A DNA stretch of 64,000 nucleotides from Candidatus Hydrogenedentota bacterium (lineage in GTDB: Bacteria; Hydrogenedentota; Hydrogenedentia; Hydrogenedentales; SLHB01): assembly GCA_963668025.2 (NCBI GenBank), contig CAXXTH010000017.1, positions 928,001 to 992,000 of the forward strand, given 5' to 3'. Below the pieces are notes generated by a model that was not told the DNA's origin, did no database searches, and was given only the letters and a program-made list of their open reading frames with translations. The position numbers were made by a program, and so were the translations under genes. This document shows positions 53,278-63,575 of the stretch, in pieces (within the stretch, counting starts at the first letter, position 1; the number at the start of each line of letters is the position of its first letter).

Positions 53278-55169
53278 GTGTGCCAAGCATGGCGCGGATC
53301 TAAGGGGTGTAAGTCCCCTGCAAGCCCTGATGGTGGGAATTGCTAGCCAAGAGCAAGGGCGTCGCCGCGAGGCGGGGTCTGGAGGAAGCAGGAGGCAAAA
53401 GTCGGACTCGACGCACAGAAACCGGATAGAAGGCCGGGGTGGCGGGGCAAGCCAGCAATGGATGGCGACGCCCAATAACCATTCGGACACACCTTGGTAA
53501 ATCCGGCGAGGCCCGGCGGAAAGAGGCGCGTCTTACCTTGGGAGACCTGTTCATCTGTCTGGAAGAGCCAGACTAGCGGGATGGCAACATGTCGCGAGGG
53601 GTGGGCAGGAGTCAGCCGAGGCCATAATACCCGCAAGGGGAAGGGCCGAATCGATCATTCAAGGAGCAGCATTGAACGTCTCGTGGGATAGGGAGCGGCA
53701 GGAAGTAGCAGGTTGCCAGATGGAGTTCCCACTGGAGTCGGCTTGCCACGGCGCAATCGGAGAAGGCGGAACCGAATCGGATGCGTTCGAGGCGCGGCAA
53801 CTATCCCCGGCGGCGAACAAGAGGCGAGCCTTGACGCAAGACTTGATGGAACGGGTCGCGAGTCTTGCGAACCTGACGGAAGCGGTACGCCGGGTGCAAC
53901 GGAACAAAGGCGCGGCGGGTGCGGACGGCATGAGCGTACGCGACCTGAAGCGTTGGTTTCCGGAACACTGGCGGGGACTGCAAGAGGAACTGACGGCAGG
54001 GCGCTACCGTCCCCAACCGGTGTTGGGAGTGCAAATCCCCAAGCCGGGCGGGGGGATGCGGCAACTGGGCATTCCGACGGTGGTGGACCGAGTCGTGCAA
54101 CAAGCGCTCTTGCAGGCTCTCGAACCGCTTCTAGACCCGGCCTTCTCGGAAAGCAGTTATGGATTTCGTCCAAGGCACAATGCACATCAGGCGCTGCGGC
54201 AAGCCAGCACGTACGTAAGCGAAGGCCGCTGCATTGTTGTGGACATGGACCTGGAAAAATTCTTCGACCGGGTCAACCACGACATCCTGATGGCGCGCGT
54301 GGCGCGGCACGTGTCAGACAAACGCGTACTCCGACTCATCCGCTGGTTTCTTGAAGTCGGCATGATGCAGAACGGCGTATGCATCGAACGATACGAAGGG
54401 ACCCCGCAAGGCGGTCCTCTATCGCCGCTGCTGGCCAACCTGCTCTTGGACGACCTGGACAAGGAGTTGGAGAAACGAGGGCATCGTTTTTGCCGCTATG
54501 CGGACGACTGCAACATTTACGTGCAGACGATACGCGCGGGAGAACGTGTCCTGACATCGGTCACGCAGTTCCTTGAGGGGAAGCTGAAACTACGGGTGAA
54601 CCGCGAGAAGAGCGCGGTGGCGTTCGTGGGAGAGCGGAAATTTTTGGGTTATCGCTTGCTGGGTGGGGGGCGATTGGGCATCGCGCCCAAGAGCCTCGAC
54701 CGGGCGAAAGACCGCATCCGCGACATCACGCGACGCAACCGCGGCGACGCCAAAGTGCGCCAGATGATTGAGGAGCTCAACAGCTTCCTGAGCGGCTGGA
54801 TAACCTACTATCGGTTTGCCGAAGCAAAGGGCCATCTGGAACGCCTCGGGGAATGGATGCGGCGCAAACTGCGCTGCGTCATCCTCAAACGCCTCAAGCG
54901 CACGAAAACCATAGCGGACTTCCTTAGAAAACTAGGCGTGCCGCAATTTCAGGCGTGGATACTCGCAGGGTCCGGGAAGGGCTGGTGGCGCAAAGCGGGG
55001 AGTCCTCCCGCGCAACACGCCATGGACAAACAATGGTTCGCGAAACAAAAACTGATAGACCCGGTTCAACGGTACGAAACGTTCAAAAATGACCGAAACC
55101 GCCGTGGTACCGAGCAGGTATGCCCGGTGGTGTGAGAGGGGGGGACCGTGAGGAACCCCCCTACTCGAT
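53278..55169 (+). mobile_element. RT-encoding group IIC intron, copy 2, intact (1892 nt)
   Basis: GTGTG...CTACTCGAT; near-identical to copy 1. Confidence 0.94.
53672..55135 (+). CDS. Group II intron RT/maturase
   Basis: Identical translation to 29021-30484. Confidence 0.96.
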   Translation: MNVSWDRERQEVAGCQMEFPLESACHGAIGEGGTESDAFEARQLSPAANKRRALTQDLMERVASLANLTEAVRRVQRNKGAAGADGMSVRDLKRWFPEHWRGLQEELTAGRYRPQPVLGVQIPKPGGGMRQLGIPTVVDRVVQQALLQALEPLLDPAFSESSYGFRPRHNAHQALRQASTYVSEGRCIVVDMDLEKFFDRVNHDILMARVARHVSDKRVLRLIRWFLEVGMMQNGVCIERYEGTPQGGPLSPLLANLLLDDLDKELEKRGHRFCRYADDCNIYVQTIRAGERVLTSVTQFLEGKLKLRVNREKSAVAFVGERKFLGYRLLGGGRLGIAPKSLDRAKDRIRDITRRNRGDAKVRQMIEELNSFLSGWITYYRFAEAKGHLERLGEWMRRKLRCVILKRLKRTKTIADFLRKLGVPQFQAWILAGSGKGWWRKAGSPPAQHAMDKQWFAKQKLIDPVQRYETFKNDRNRRGTEQVCPVV

Positions 55170-55216
55170 TGCAAGCCCGTTCGGAATGAAATAGGGCCAT
55201 TCTGTTTTTCGCGCAT

Positions 55217-56611
55217 TCACTTCAATGCCGGAAGGCTGGCGGCGGCGATGGATTGGCCGACCCGGCGCGCCTTCTCGTCGGGGAGCTGCACGTTGATGCG
55301 CGCGGCTAATTCGGGGAATTCCCCTTTCAACACTTCCATCGCGCCATCGACGAGCAAGTCGCCGCCCCGGCCCGAGGTGCAGCGCCCGAGCACGAGTATG
55401 TGGTTCAACGCATAAAAATCCGCGTAATGGGCGATGCCGTATCCCAGGTAGTATCCCATGCTGCGCCAGATATCCGTCGCGCCCGCCTCCCCGGCTTCGA
55501 GTTTCGCTTGCACGATTTTGAGGCGTTCCGCGTCGGTGATGTCCGTGGGCAGTTCGATGCCCACCTTCGGCGCGAGTCGGAACACGCATTGCTGCGAGAA
55601 ATACAGCGCGCCTACGCCGGCGTCTTTGGACCATTCGTCGGCGGGCGCTTCTGGATTGTAGTCGATGGGTGCAAAGGCCAGTTCATTGAGCCAGCCAGTG
55701 ATGTTGCCGTCCATGGTCACATAGCCGCCCGCCTCGCTCGAACCCAGGGCGATGCCTAGCACGCCGTTGTCTTCGAGCGACATCGAACCGGCCAGCGCGG
55801 TCACTTCGCCATCATTCACCACATCGAAGGGCACGCCGAACTCCTTGCCCAGGCGGAGAAACATCGAGCGCACTTCGTCGAACCGGTCTTTCGGGATGCC
55901 CCGGAACAACGAGGCGATCATGGGGCGGTTGTTGATGTAGACGCCCGCACTGCTGCCGCCGATGGCGTCGACACGCGGCATCTTGGACGCCGCCGTGAGG
56001 AGTGCGGTTTTAATCTCGTTATAGTGGTAACTGGGGTCCGTGTGTTTGCGCGGCTCCCACACGACCTCTTCGCTGTAAACGGCCTGCCCGTCGATGACGG
56101 CGGACACCTTGCGGTCCGATGCGCCTAGATCAAAGCCGATGCGGCAGCCTTCCAGGTGGCGGCCCAGGGCTTGCGTGGTCTCGTGTTCAGGCGGCACATC
56201 CTCCGCCGTACACGAGACAACCTCGAAGGTCCGCTCGTAGACATCCTCGCCCATGAAATGATAATCGAAAGCCTGCGAGCCATCGGCGGCATAGCACTGG
56301 GCGATATACGCCCCGATGCTGGCCGGGCCGCCCACGTAGACCTTACACCCGCCGCGCTGCCAAAGCAGGAATTTCACGATGCGCTCGACATACCGCAGAT
56401 TGGCGGTGGCGCGGGGATGGCCCTCGGGAAACACCTTCGTTTCATAGCGCGATACCGAGCCATCGGACCGTTCTAGGCCCAGTACCAGCGGCGCGCCGCC
56501 CTCTCGATTCACTTCTTCGAGAAAGGCCCGGTTCGCCAACACGGCGGGACGAAATCCAGGATCCAATGGCGGTACAAAACGAGGCTCTACAAGTTTGAAT
56601 GCATCCAACAT
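55217..56611 (-). CDS. ROK-family protein (sugar kinase-like)
   Basis: IGFDLGAS, VVNDGEVTALAG, LGSSEAGG, NELAF. Confidence 0.8.
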   Translation of the reverse strand: MLDAFKLVEPRFVPPLDPGFRPAVLANRAFLEEVNREGGAPLVLGLERSDGSVSRYETKVFPEGHPRATANLRYVERIVKFLLWQRGGCKVYVGGPASIGAYIAQCYAADGSQAFDYHFMGEDVYERTFEVVSCTAEDVPPEHETTQALGRHLEGCRIGFDLGASDRKVSAVIDGQAVYSEEVVWEPRKHTDPSYHYNEIKTALLTAASKMPRVDAIGGSSAGVYINNRPMIASLFRGIPKDRFDEVRSMFLRLGKEFGVPFDVVNDGEVTALAGSMSLEDNGVLGIALGSSEAGGYVTMDGNITGWLNELAFAPIDYNPEAPADEWSKDAGVGALYFSQQCVFRLAPKVGIELPTDITDAERLKIVQAKLEAGEAGATDIWRSMGYYLGYGIAHYADFYALNHILVLGRCTSGRGGDLLVDGAMEVLKGEFPELAARINVQLPDEKARRVGQSIAAASLPALK

Positions 56612-57050
56612 GTCATAGGGCTCCTTATGATGATTCAGTTAAAAGAGGTTAAACGGTGAAACGATAGCATAAAATAGCAGCGCGTATCATACCGCGAAGC
56701 GGTTTGGCGATAAATGCAACCATTTGCCTGCTCTGATGTCGTTGCGCTGAAATAAAAACACGGCACCCACTACGGACAAGGTCCATATGGTGACGCCCAA
56801 TCACTTGGAATGGCGGATAGATGGCCGTCAAGAGTAGTTTTAGCGCAATGAGAAGATTTGCGAATCCGTTATCTATTTGAGATAGATCTTGGTGGTGCCC
56901 CATAAAACCACTTGAATCACCCCGGCGTCCTGGGGATAATCACGACATCAGGTGCTCCATTTTTACGCCGCCACCTGATTCACTTCTAAAACTAGCGCCG
57001 CCATGCGGAAAGCAGGCGAAGGCGCGGCCTTTGCCGGGAAGGGAATAACG

Positions 57051-58058
57051 ATGCGTTTACAGCATTGGATCACTCTTACGTTCATTGTGGTTTTACCCCT
57101 AGGTTGCACTGCGCCCGAACAAGCGGGCAGCCCAGCGGGAAAAGCTGTGCAATCAAGTGAAAAGGAAGCCGCTGCACCTTCCAATCAAGCCGCCGCGAAA
57201 AAGCCTCGGATTGCCCTGGTGATGAAGTCGCTGGCGAATGAATTCTTCAAGACGATGGAGCAAGGCGCGCGCGACTATAACGCTGAACACGCGGATGAAT
57301 TCGAGCTTGTGGTGAACGGGATCAAAAACGAAGAAGACATCAGCGGCCAGGTGGCGCTGGTCGAGCAGATGATGGCCATCAAAGTCGATGCGCTGGTAAT
57401 CGCCCCCGCGGACTCGAAGGCCTTGGTGTCGGTGCTTGAACGTGCTACGAAGAGCGGCATCAAGGTGGTGAACATCGACAATAAGCTGGATGATGCGATC
57501 CTTGCGGAGCGGAATTTGCAGATCCCCTTTGTGGGCCCGGATAACCGGAAGGGCGCCCGGCTGGCCGGTGAATACCTGGCGGCAAAACTCGAACCGGGCG
57601 CGGAGGTGGCCATCATCGGCGGGATTCCCAGCGCCTTCAACGCGATCCAGCGCAAGAACGGGTTCGAAGATGCGATGGCGGCAGGGAAAATGGCTATTGT
57701 CGAAAGCCAAAGCGCCAATTGGGAGATGAGCAAGGCGAGCCAAGTCGTCTCGGGTATCGTAAGCGAACACCCCGGCCTGAAAGCGTTGTTATGCGCAAAC
57801 GACAGCATGGCCTTAGGCGCGGTGGCCGCGCTTGAAGACGCTGGCAAACTCAAAGATGTCCTCGTGGTCGGCTATGACAACATTAGCGCGGCCCAGGCGC
57901 TTGTGCGTGAAGGCAAAATGCTCTGCACCGTAGACCAGCATGCCGATAAGCTGGCCGTGTATGGTATTCAGTATGCGTTGGAGCTTCTGAAAACAGGCAC
58001 ATCGCCCACCAACCAGGAAACGGCTGTAGAAGTGGTGTCGGCTGAGGACCTCGCGTGA
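57051..58058 (+). CDS. Sugar ABC transporter substrate-binding lipoprotein (RbsB-like)
   Basis: Lipobox PLGC; KSLANEFF, VGPDN, CANDSMALGA, VVGYD. Confidence 0.9.
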   Translation: MRLQHWITLTFIVVLPLGCTAPEQAGSPAGKAVQSSEKEAAAPSNQAAAKKPRIALVMKSLANEFFKTMEQGARDYNAEHADEFELVVNGIKNEEDISGQVALVEQMMAIKVDALVIAPADSKALVSVLERATKSGIKVVNIDNKLDDAILAERNLQIPFVGPDNRKGARLAGEYLAAKLEPGAEVAIIGGIPSAFNAIQRKNGFEDAMAAGKMAIVESQSANWEMSKASQVVSGIVSEHPGLKALLCANDSMALGAVAALEDAGKLKDVLVVGYDNISAAQALVREGKMLCTVDQHADKLAVYGIQYALELLKTGTSPTNQETAVEVVSAEDLA

Positions 58059-59029
58059 ATCAATTGAATTTGCCTCAGCCAAAGGAGGGAACGGCAAACC
58101 CTCGATGGAGAGCGCGCCTTGGCAGTGTCTTTGGCATGGCCTTTGCCCTCATAGGACTCATCATTTTGTTTGGCGTGCTCACGGACCACTTCCTGAGCAT
58201 GGGCAATGTGCGCACCATCGCCAATCAGATTCCGGCGCTGTTAATTGTTTCCGTGGGCATGACCTTCGTGCTGATTTCCGGAGGCATCGACTTATCCGTC
58301 GGTTCTGTTTTGGCGCTATCCAGCGGTGTGATGGGTGTGGCGCTGGCGCGTTACTCTGTTCCGCTCTTTCCTGCGCTGCTGCTTGCGGTGTGTGCTGGAC
58401 TGCTATGCGGCATGATGAACGGGATCATCGTGGCGTGGTGGCGGCTGCCCTCCTTCATCGTCACCTTGGGCATGCTCGAGGCGGCGCGCGGGGCCGCATA
58501 CCTTGTGACCGATTCACAAACGCAGTACATCGGCTTGAAGATCGAAAGGGTCGCGGAGGCGGGTGTGGCGGGCATCTCGGTTCCCTTCCTTGTGGCGCTT
58601 CTTGTGGTGATTTCTGGCCATGTCATTCTGACTAAAACCGTACTAGGACGCCATCTGGTCGCGACCGGGTATCGTGAGGAGGTGGCCCATTATAGCGGCG
58701 TCAAAACGCGCGGCATCCACTTTTTCGTATTCTCGCTCGCGGGCGCTTTGACCGGGCTTGCGGCGATCATGCACACGGCCCGGTTATCCGCGGTGGACCC
58801 GAATGCGGGCTTGGGGCTGGAGCTCGAGGCGATTGCGGCGGTTGTCATCGGCGGCACGAGCCTGGCTGGCGGCCGGGGTTCCGTGCTGCGCACCACCTTT
58901 GGCGTCCTAATCATCGCGGTGCTGGGAAATGGCCTGGCGCAAGTAGGCGCTCAAGAACCCACCAAACGATTGATAACAGGCCTCGTAATCGTCGCCGCAG
59001 TCATCCTGGATCATTACCGGAAAGATTAA
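58055..59029 (+). CDS. Sugar ABC transporter permease (RbsC-like)
   Basis: GGIDLSVGS, PSFIVTLG, ELEAIAAVVIGGTSLAGGRG. Confidence 0.92.
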   Translation: MNQLNLPQPKEGTANPRWRARLGSVFGMAFALIGLIILFGVLTDHFLSMGNVRTIANQIPALLIVSVGMTFVLISGGIDLSVGSVLALSSGVMGVALARYSVPLFPALLLAVCAGLLCGMMNGIIVAWWRLPSFIVTLGMLEAARGAAYLVTDSQTQYIGLKIERVAEAGVAGISVPFLVALLVVISGHVILTKTVLGRHLVATGYREEVAHYSGVKTRGIHFFVFSLAGALTGLAAIMHTARLSAVDPNAGLGLELEAIAAVVIGGTSLAGGRGSVLRTTFGVLIIAVLGNGLAQVGAQEPTKRLITGLVIVAAVILDHYRKD

Positions 59030-59105
59030 CATCCGCAAATAAGCTTTGGAGTGAAGATCGAATAGTTCTACAGTGATGATGGGTATCTGCAAATAAGTTC
59101 CCGCA

Positions 59106-59390
59106 TTATGGTGAATATTCGCAAAAAGCAGAGTCAGGACCATGGCCCTGAAGCGGTCCAGCTAAAAAATTCGGACTACCTTGTGCGAGTGAGGAAGCGA
59201 GTGGCGCGAGAAAGGCCTCCACTGCCTCTACAATATCGCGGAATGAAGCAGGAATGTGATCTTGTTGCAGGCGTTTCCTGAAGGCCGTCCATTGAACCTG
59301 TTTGGCGTCGTTGAATGGCCTTTTATCGCTCTTGGCGCGGTTGAGGAGGCGCTGGTGAACGGATGCGGACACATTTTTTATGGGCTTCAT
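59106..59390 (-). pseudogene. AbiEii toxin remnant with large internal deletion
   Basis: N-terminus NVSASVHQRLLNRAKSDKRPFN is joined directly to C-terminus KQVQWTAFRKRL; the nucleotidyltransferase core is missing. Confidence 0.8.
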
Positions 59391-59980
59391 ATACTCGTTT
59401 CCAGGTAGGGACGCATCACTTTTTCGACTCGGCAGATTTTCGCGTATTTGAGTAGTTCACCAAAATCGAATTTCTTACGTGTTTTGTAGAGTTTTAAGGC
59501 CTCCAGCACCACGTCCATACCGATTTTATTTCGGAACTTGAAGCAATCGGCGAGTGTTTTTTCAGGAGTATAGATTTTGACGGCTACGCCGTCGATTTGA
59601 TGTTCCTCAATACCCGCGCGCTATGCCTGGCCGGAGAATCGGTGAACGAGGAGAGGCGGGTAATCAAGCGATGGCGCCCGTGACTCCCTGGAAATCGCTA
59701 CGGAGACGTTATGCGGAACTTGTGTCGTGATATCATGGTAAGCCAGCGCTGAGACGAGGCAGATGATTGCGTTCGGGAAACGCAGTCCAGTCGTCGCCAG
59801 GTCGGGATTACTGATGGGTGGAAGCTCCGCCAGACGATATACTCCTCTGCTTACTGGTTCAATCGCTCCTCTGTCCCTAAGTGAATAGAGCATATAGCGA
59901 GTGATCCCAAGCTCAATGGCTTCGCTCATTCGTAGTTGGCCGCCATATGAACGGAAAATATTTTCTGGATTCTCTTTCAT
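59387..59980 (-). pseudogene. AbiEi antitoxin with internal TAG
   Basis: SRGVYRL, CLVSALAYHDITTQVP; in-frame TAG at 59621-59623, then IYTPEKTLADCFKFRNKIGMDV continues to a TGA overlapping the abiEii ATG. Confidence 0.85.
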
Positions 59981-59990
59981 GCCTGGTCCC

Positions 59991-60034
59991 AGACAAATTG
60001 TCGCCACTTATACACAAGTGGTAACAATTTGTCT
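59991..60034. promoter_or_regulatory. Inverted-repeat operator of abiE
   Basis: AGACAAATTGTCGCCACTT-ATACAC-AAGTGGTAACAATTTGTCT directly upstream of abiEi. Confidence 0.65.
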
Positions 60035-60164
60035 GATTTGCACCGAAAAATCAAGAAGAAAACAAGAAAAAATGAAAACTGGCGCGGCACATACAGACTT
60101 TATCTATTACATCCATTCACGCATCCGGCTTTTCACTCCGTGTGTGGAATCTGTATTTCACTTA

Positions 60165-61052
60165 TTACGTGGGCAGGGTGGAAGCGGAGATCAGCGTATC
60201 TTCGAATCGCAGCGTGCTGGATTGCCGGTAGTGGGAGGGAGACAGCATAAAACACGCTTTGAACTCCCGGCTGAAATGAAACGGATTGCAGAAGCCGGTT
60301 TGTTGGGCGATTTGGGCAATGGATTCGCTGCTGGACATGAGCAGTTTACAGGCCTCGTTCAATCGGATTTGTTTGACATAGTCCATGGGAGAGCATTTCA
60401 TATGCTCTTTGAAAAAGGCGTGGAACCGCGAACGCGACATGTGGGCCAAGCTGGCCAGATGCGCCACATCCATCGGCTCGGCCATATGCGCCCGGATGTG
60501 GGAGAACACCGAAGTCAGCCGTTCCGAGTGTTGCAGGATATTCAGGCTCTCGGGCCGCATGGGCGCACTGGCGCAAAGAATGCGCAGAATCGCATATGCT
60601 TGTTCCTGGCGCCAAGCCAGCCAATACAATGAATCGTCAATCTCTTGAGGATTCACATCCAGCAGGTTCTCCACGACCTTGCCCATTTGGGCGGCTTTGC
60701 TGGCCTCCAAGCACAGGGGCATGTCCAGCAGCGAGGTGAGGTCCACCGTGCCGAATAACGTGAAATGAAAATGAATCCAGCGCGCCCCCATCCAGCCGCC
60801 GCGCCCGGGTTCCGCGTGATGCACAATCGTCATGATACGGTTGGCGGGTGTCAAAAAGGCTTCTCCAGGGCGAATGGCCTCGGTGCGCCCATCACAGGTG
60901 ATTTCATATGCGCCGAACAGCACTTGCGCGAAAATCGTGCAGGGAACAATTTTCTGATGGACCAAGCCATCGGGAAGTTGCTGTGATTGGCCTGGAGCCA
61001 GAAAATGCAGCGTTAAAGCATCAGGCGGAATCGCGGATATCGAAAATTTCAC
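60165..61052 (-). CDS. AraC-family transcriptional regulator
   Basis: Cupin N-terminus; LASLAHMSRSRFH...IAQQTGFCNPFHFSREFK. Confidence 0.92.
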   Translation of the reverse strand: MKFSISAIPPDALTLHFLAPGQSQQLPDGLVHQKIVPCTIFAQVLFGAYEITCDGRTEAIRPGEAFLTPANRIMTIVHHAEPGRGGWMGARWIHFHFTLFGTVDLTSLLDMPLCLEASKAAQMGKVVENLLDVNPQEIDDSLYWLAWRQEQAYAILRILCASAPMRPESLNILQHSERLTSVFSHIRAHMAEPMDVAHLASLAHMSRSRFHAFFKEHMKCSPMDYVKQIRLNEACKLLMSSSESIAQIAQQTGFCNPFHFSREFKACFMLSPSHYRQSSTLRFEDTLISASTLPT

Positions 61053-61288
61053 GGCGGTATTCCTTAAGTGGCATGGCCTTCCCGGCCATGCGCATGGGCG
61101 AGACGCCCATGCTACGGAATAAAGTTCATTGGCTCCATCCTATCAGAGCCAGCAAGGAAACGGAAACCACTTTTTAGAAAACAAGACTCTCAGATATATC
61201 TTCGAGATTCGCGGGCATTCTCATATAACTCGTTGTCTCTTATAATCATATATAGATTCTCAGCCTTAAAATCATAGGAGAGTGCATC

Positions 61289-63568
61289 ATGAGCAGCAAT
61301 GGACACGAACTCGACCGGCGGGATTTCATTAAAACGATGGGCGCGGGTTTGGCGTTAGGCGGGGGAGTGCTGGCAATGAACACGGCGCAAGCGAGCGCGC
61401 CCAGCCGCGTATCCGTATCGGATTGGAGCCGTCCCGCGCCGTTTGCCACCCCGCATCATTTGTCGGACCAGACGCATGTATTGGCCCAGCGCGGATTGGC
61501 GGGCGAACATGGCCGGGCGCTCGTGAATGCCGATTTTAAGATCGATGAGCAAGTGACGAAAGCCCTTTCACCGGATATGCATTATGCCCATGCGGTCCGT
61601 TTGATGGCCGAAAAAGCGCCCTTGCGGGTATTGCCAGGAGAACGCATCATCGGCTCGGCGACGCTGCGCGAGTCTTCCACCCATAAGACGCCGGTGTTCG
61701 AGCAATACAGCACGAGCCACCTGACCATCGGCTTCGATCAAGTGCTTCCGATGGGATATAAAGGCCTGCGGGAGAAGATCCAGGAACGTCTTTCACGCGG
61801 CGGCCTGGATGAGCAGGGAACCGAATTGCTGCACGCGATGCAGATGTGCCTCGATGGGGCTGCAATCTGGAACCAACGCCATATCGAGTTGCTCGGCCAG
61901 CTCGCCACCCAGTCCAGCGGCCCGGAACAAGCCAATTATCTTCATTTACGAGACATCTTACAGCGAGTGCCGGAAAATCCGCCCGCGACCTTCGAGGAAG
62001 CCGTGCAATCGCTTTGGTCCATGTTCGCCTTTCAACGCTTGTGCGGCACCTGGTCCGGCATTGGCCGCATTGACCAAATGCTGGGTGGTTATCTGAAGAA
62101 AGATTTGGCGGAAAAACGCATCACGCTCGATGAGGCGCGTGAACTGCTGGCCCATTTCTGGATCAAAGGCACGGAATGGACCGGGGCTAATCCAGGCCCT
62201 GGTTCGGGCGACGCCCAATTTTATCAGAATGTGATCCTGGCGGGCGTTGATGCGCAGGGCCAGCCGGTGCTCAATGATGTGACTTATCTGGTGCTGGATG
62301 TCGTGGAAGAGCTGCATATCAGCGATTTCCCGATTGCCGTGCGCGTGAGTGAAAACACCCCGAAGAAGCTGCTGCGCCGCGTCGCGGAGGTGCAGCGCCA
62401 TGGCGGCGGAATTGTAGCGCTCTACCAGGAAGACGTGGTTATCGCCGGGCTCGTCAAGCTCGGGTATCCGCTCGAAGAAGCGCGTAAATTCGCCAATGAC
62501 GGCTGCTGGGAAGCGCAAGTGCCGGGAGCCACCTGTTTCTCTTATGTGGCCTTTGATATGTTGGGCATATTGCAGCGGGCGTTGAAAGTGGACAAGCCGG
62601 AAGAGGCCGTCGCCGAGTTTGCCGATTTTGAAGGATTTTACACGGCATTTCGCACGGAAATGACCCGTGTGCTTGACGAAATCGCGAATTTGTCGGATGG
62701 CCACGCCATGGCGGATCCCAAGACAGGGCCGCCCACGCCGCTGGTCTCGATGTTCATCGACGATTGCATCGAGCGCGGACGGGGCTATTACAATCGCGGG
62801 GCGCGGTACAATGTCGTATCGCCTCACGCGGGCGGCATGGCCAACGTCGCCAATAGCCTGCAGGTGATTAAGCGCCTGGTGTATGAAGAGAAGGCAATCA
62901 CGCTGCCGGAATTAGTCGCCACATTGCGTTCGGACTGGAAAGGCCAGGAACCGATGCGGCGGTTGATCCTGAACCGGTTTGAATTCTATGGCAATGACAA
63001 TGAGCAAGCAGATGCCATGATGCAGCGCTTGTTCAACGATTACACGGATTTGGTGTGGCGCACGCCGGAGCGCAATGGCGTGCTCCGTCCGGCGGGGATC
63101 AGCACGTTTGGGCGTGAGATCTTTTTCTCCCACGAGAGCTATTTTGGCTGCACGCCCCGGCTGGCGACGGCCGACGGCCACCACCAGGGTGAATTCTTGG
63201 CCACGAATTTCTCGCCCTCTCCCGGAACCGATCAAAAGGGCCCATCCGCGGCGTTGAATTCTTACTGCAAAATGGATTTCAGCCGGGCTCCCAATGGTGC
63301 GACATTGGAACTGAAGATTCATCCGTCCTGCCTTCAAGGCGATGCGGGCGTCGATGCGCTAGTCGGGCTGATGCGCGGTTTTATCCGCCAGGAAGGGTGG
63401 TTCATGCACGTCGACGTCGTGGACTCCGCCATGCTGCTCGATGCCCAAAAGCATCCCGAGAAGTATCCAAATTTGCCCGTGCGCGTCGCTGGCTGGTCCG
63501 CGCGGTTTGCCACGCTCGACAAGGAATGGCAAGACATGGTCATCAATCGCACGCAGCAGATCATTTGA
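61289..63568 (+). CDS. Glycyl radical enzyme (PFL-like family) with N-terminal Tat signal
   Basis: GIGRIDQ, NDGCWE Cys loop, C-terminal RVAGWS glycyl motif; N-terminus DRRDFIKTMGAGLALGGGVLAMNTAQA. Confidence 0.9.
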   Translation: MSSNGHELDRRDFIKTMGAGLALGGGVLAMNTAQASAPSRVSVSDWSRPAPFATPHHLSDQTHVLAQRGLAGEHGRALVNADFKIDEQVTKALSPDMHYAHAVRLMAEKAPLRVLPGERIIGSATLRESSTHKTPVFEQYSTSHLTIGFDQVLPMGYKGLREKIQERLSRGGLDEQGTELLHAMQMCLDGAAIWNQRHIELLGQLATQSSGPEQANYLHLRDILQRVPENPPATFEEAVQSLWSMFAFQRLCGTWSGIGRIDQMLGGYLKKDLAEKRITLDEARELLAHFWIKGTEWTGANPGPGSGDAQFYQNVILAGVDAQGQPVLNDVTYLVLDVVEELHISDFPIAVRVSENTPKKLLRRVAEVQRHGGGIVALYQEDVVIAGLVKLGYPLEEARKFANDGCWEAQVPGATCFSYVAFDMLGILQRALKVDKPEEAVAEFADFEGFYTAFRTEMTRVLDEIANLSDGHAMADPKTGPPTPLVSMFIDDCIERGRGYYNRGARYNVVSPHAGGMANVANSLQVIKRLVYEEKAITLPELVATLRSDWKGQEPMRRLILNRFEFYGNDNEQADAMMQRLFNDYTDLVWRTPERNGVLRPAGISTFGREIFFSHESYFGCTPRLATADGHHQGEFLATNFSPSPGTDQKGPSAALNSYCKMDFSRAPNGATLELKIHPSCLQGDAGVDALVGLMRGFIRQEGWFMHVDVVDSAMLLDAQKHPEKYPNLPVRVAGWSARFATLDKEWQDMVINRTQQII

Positions 63569-63575
63569 ACCATAC

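Noticed and set aside
59621-59623. Amber read-through (pyrrolysine) in abiEi
   Set aside because: The partner toxin is deleted and no pyl genes are visible; a simple nonsense mutation is more parsimonious.
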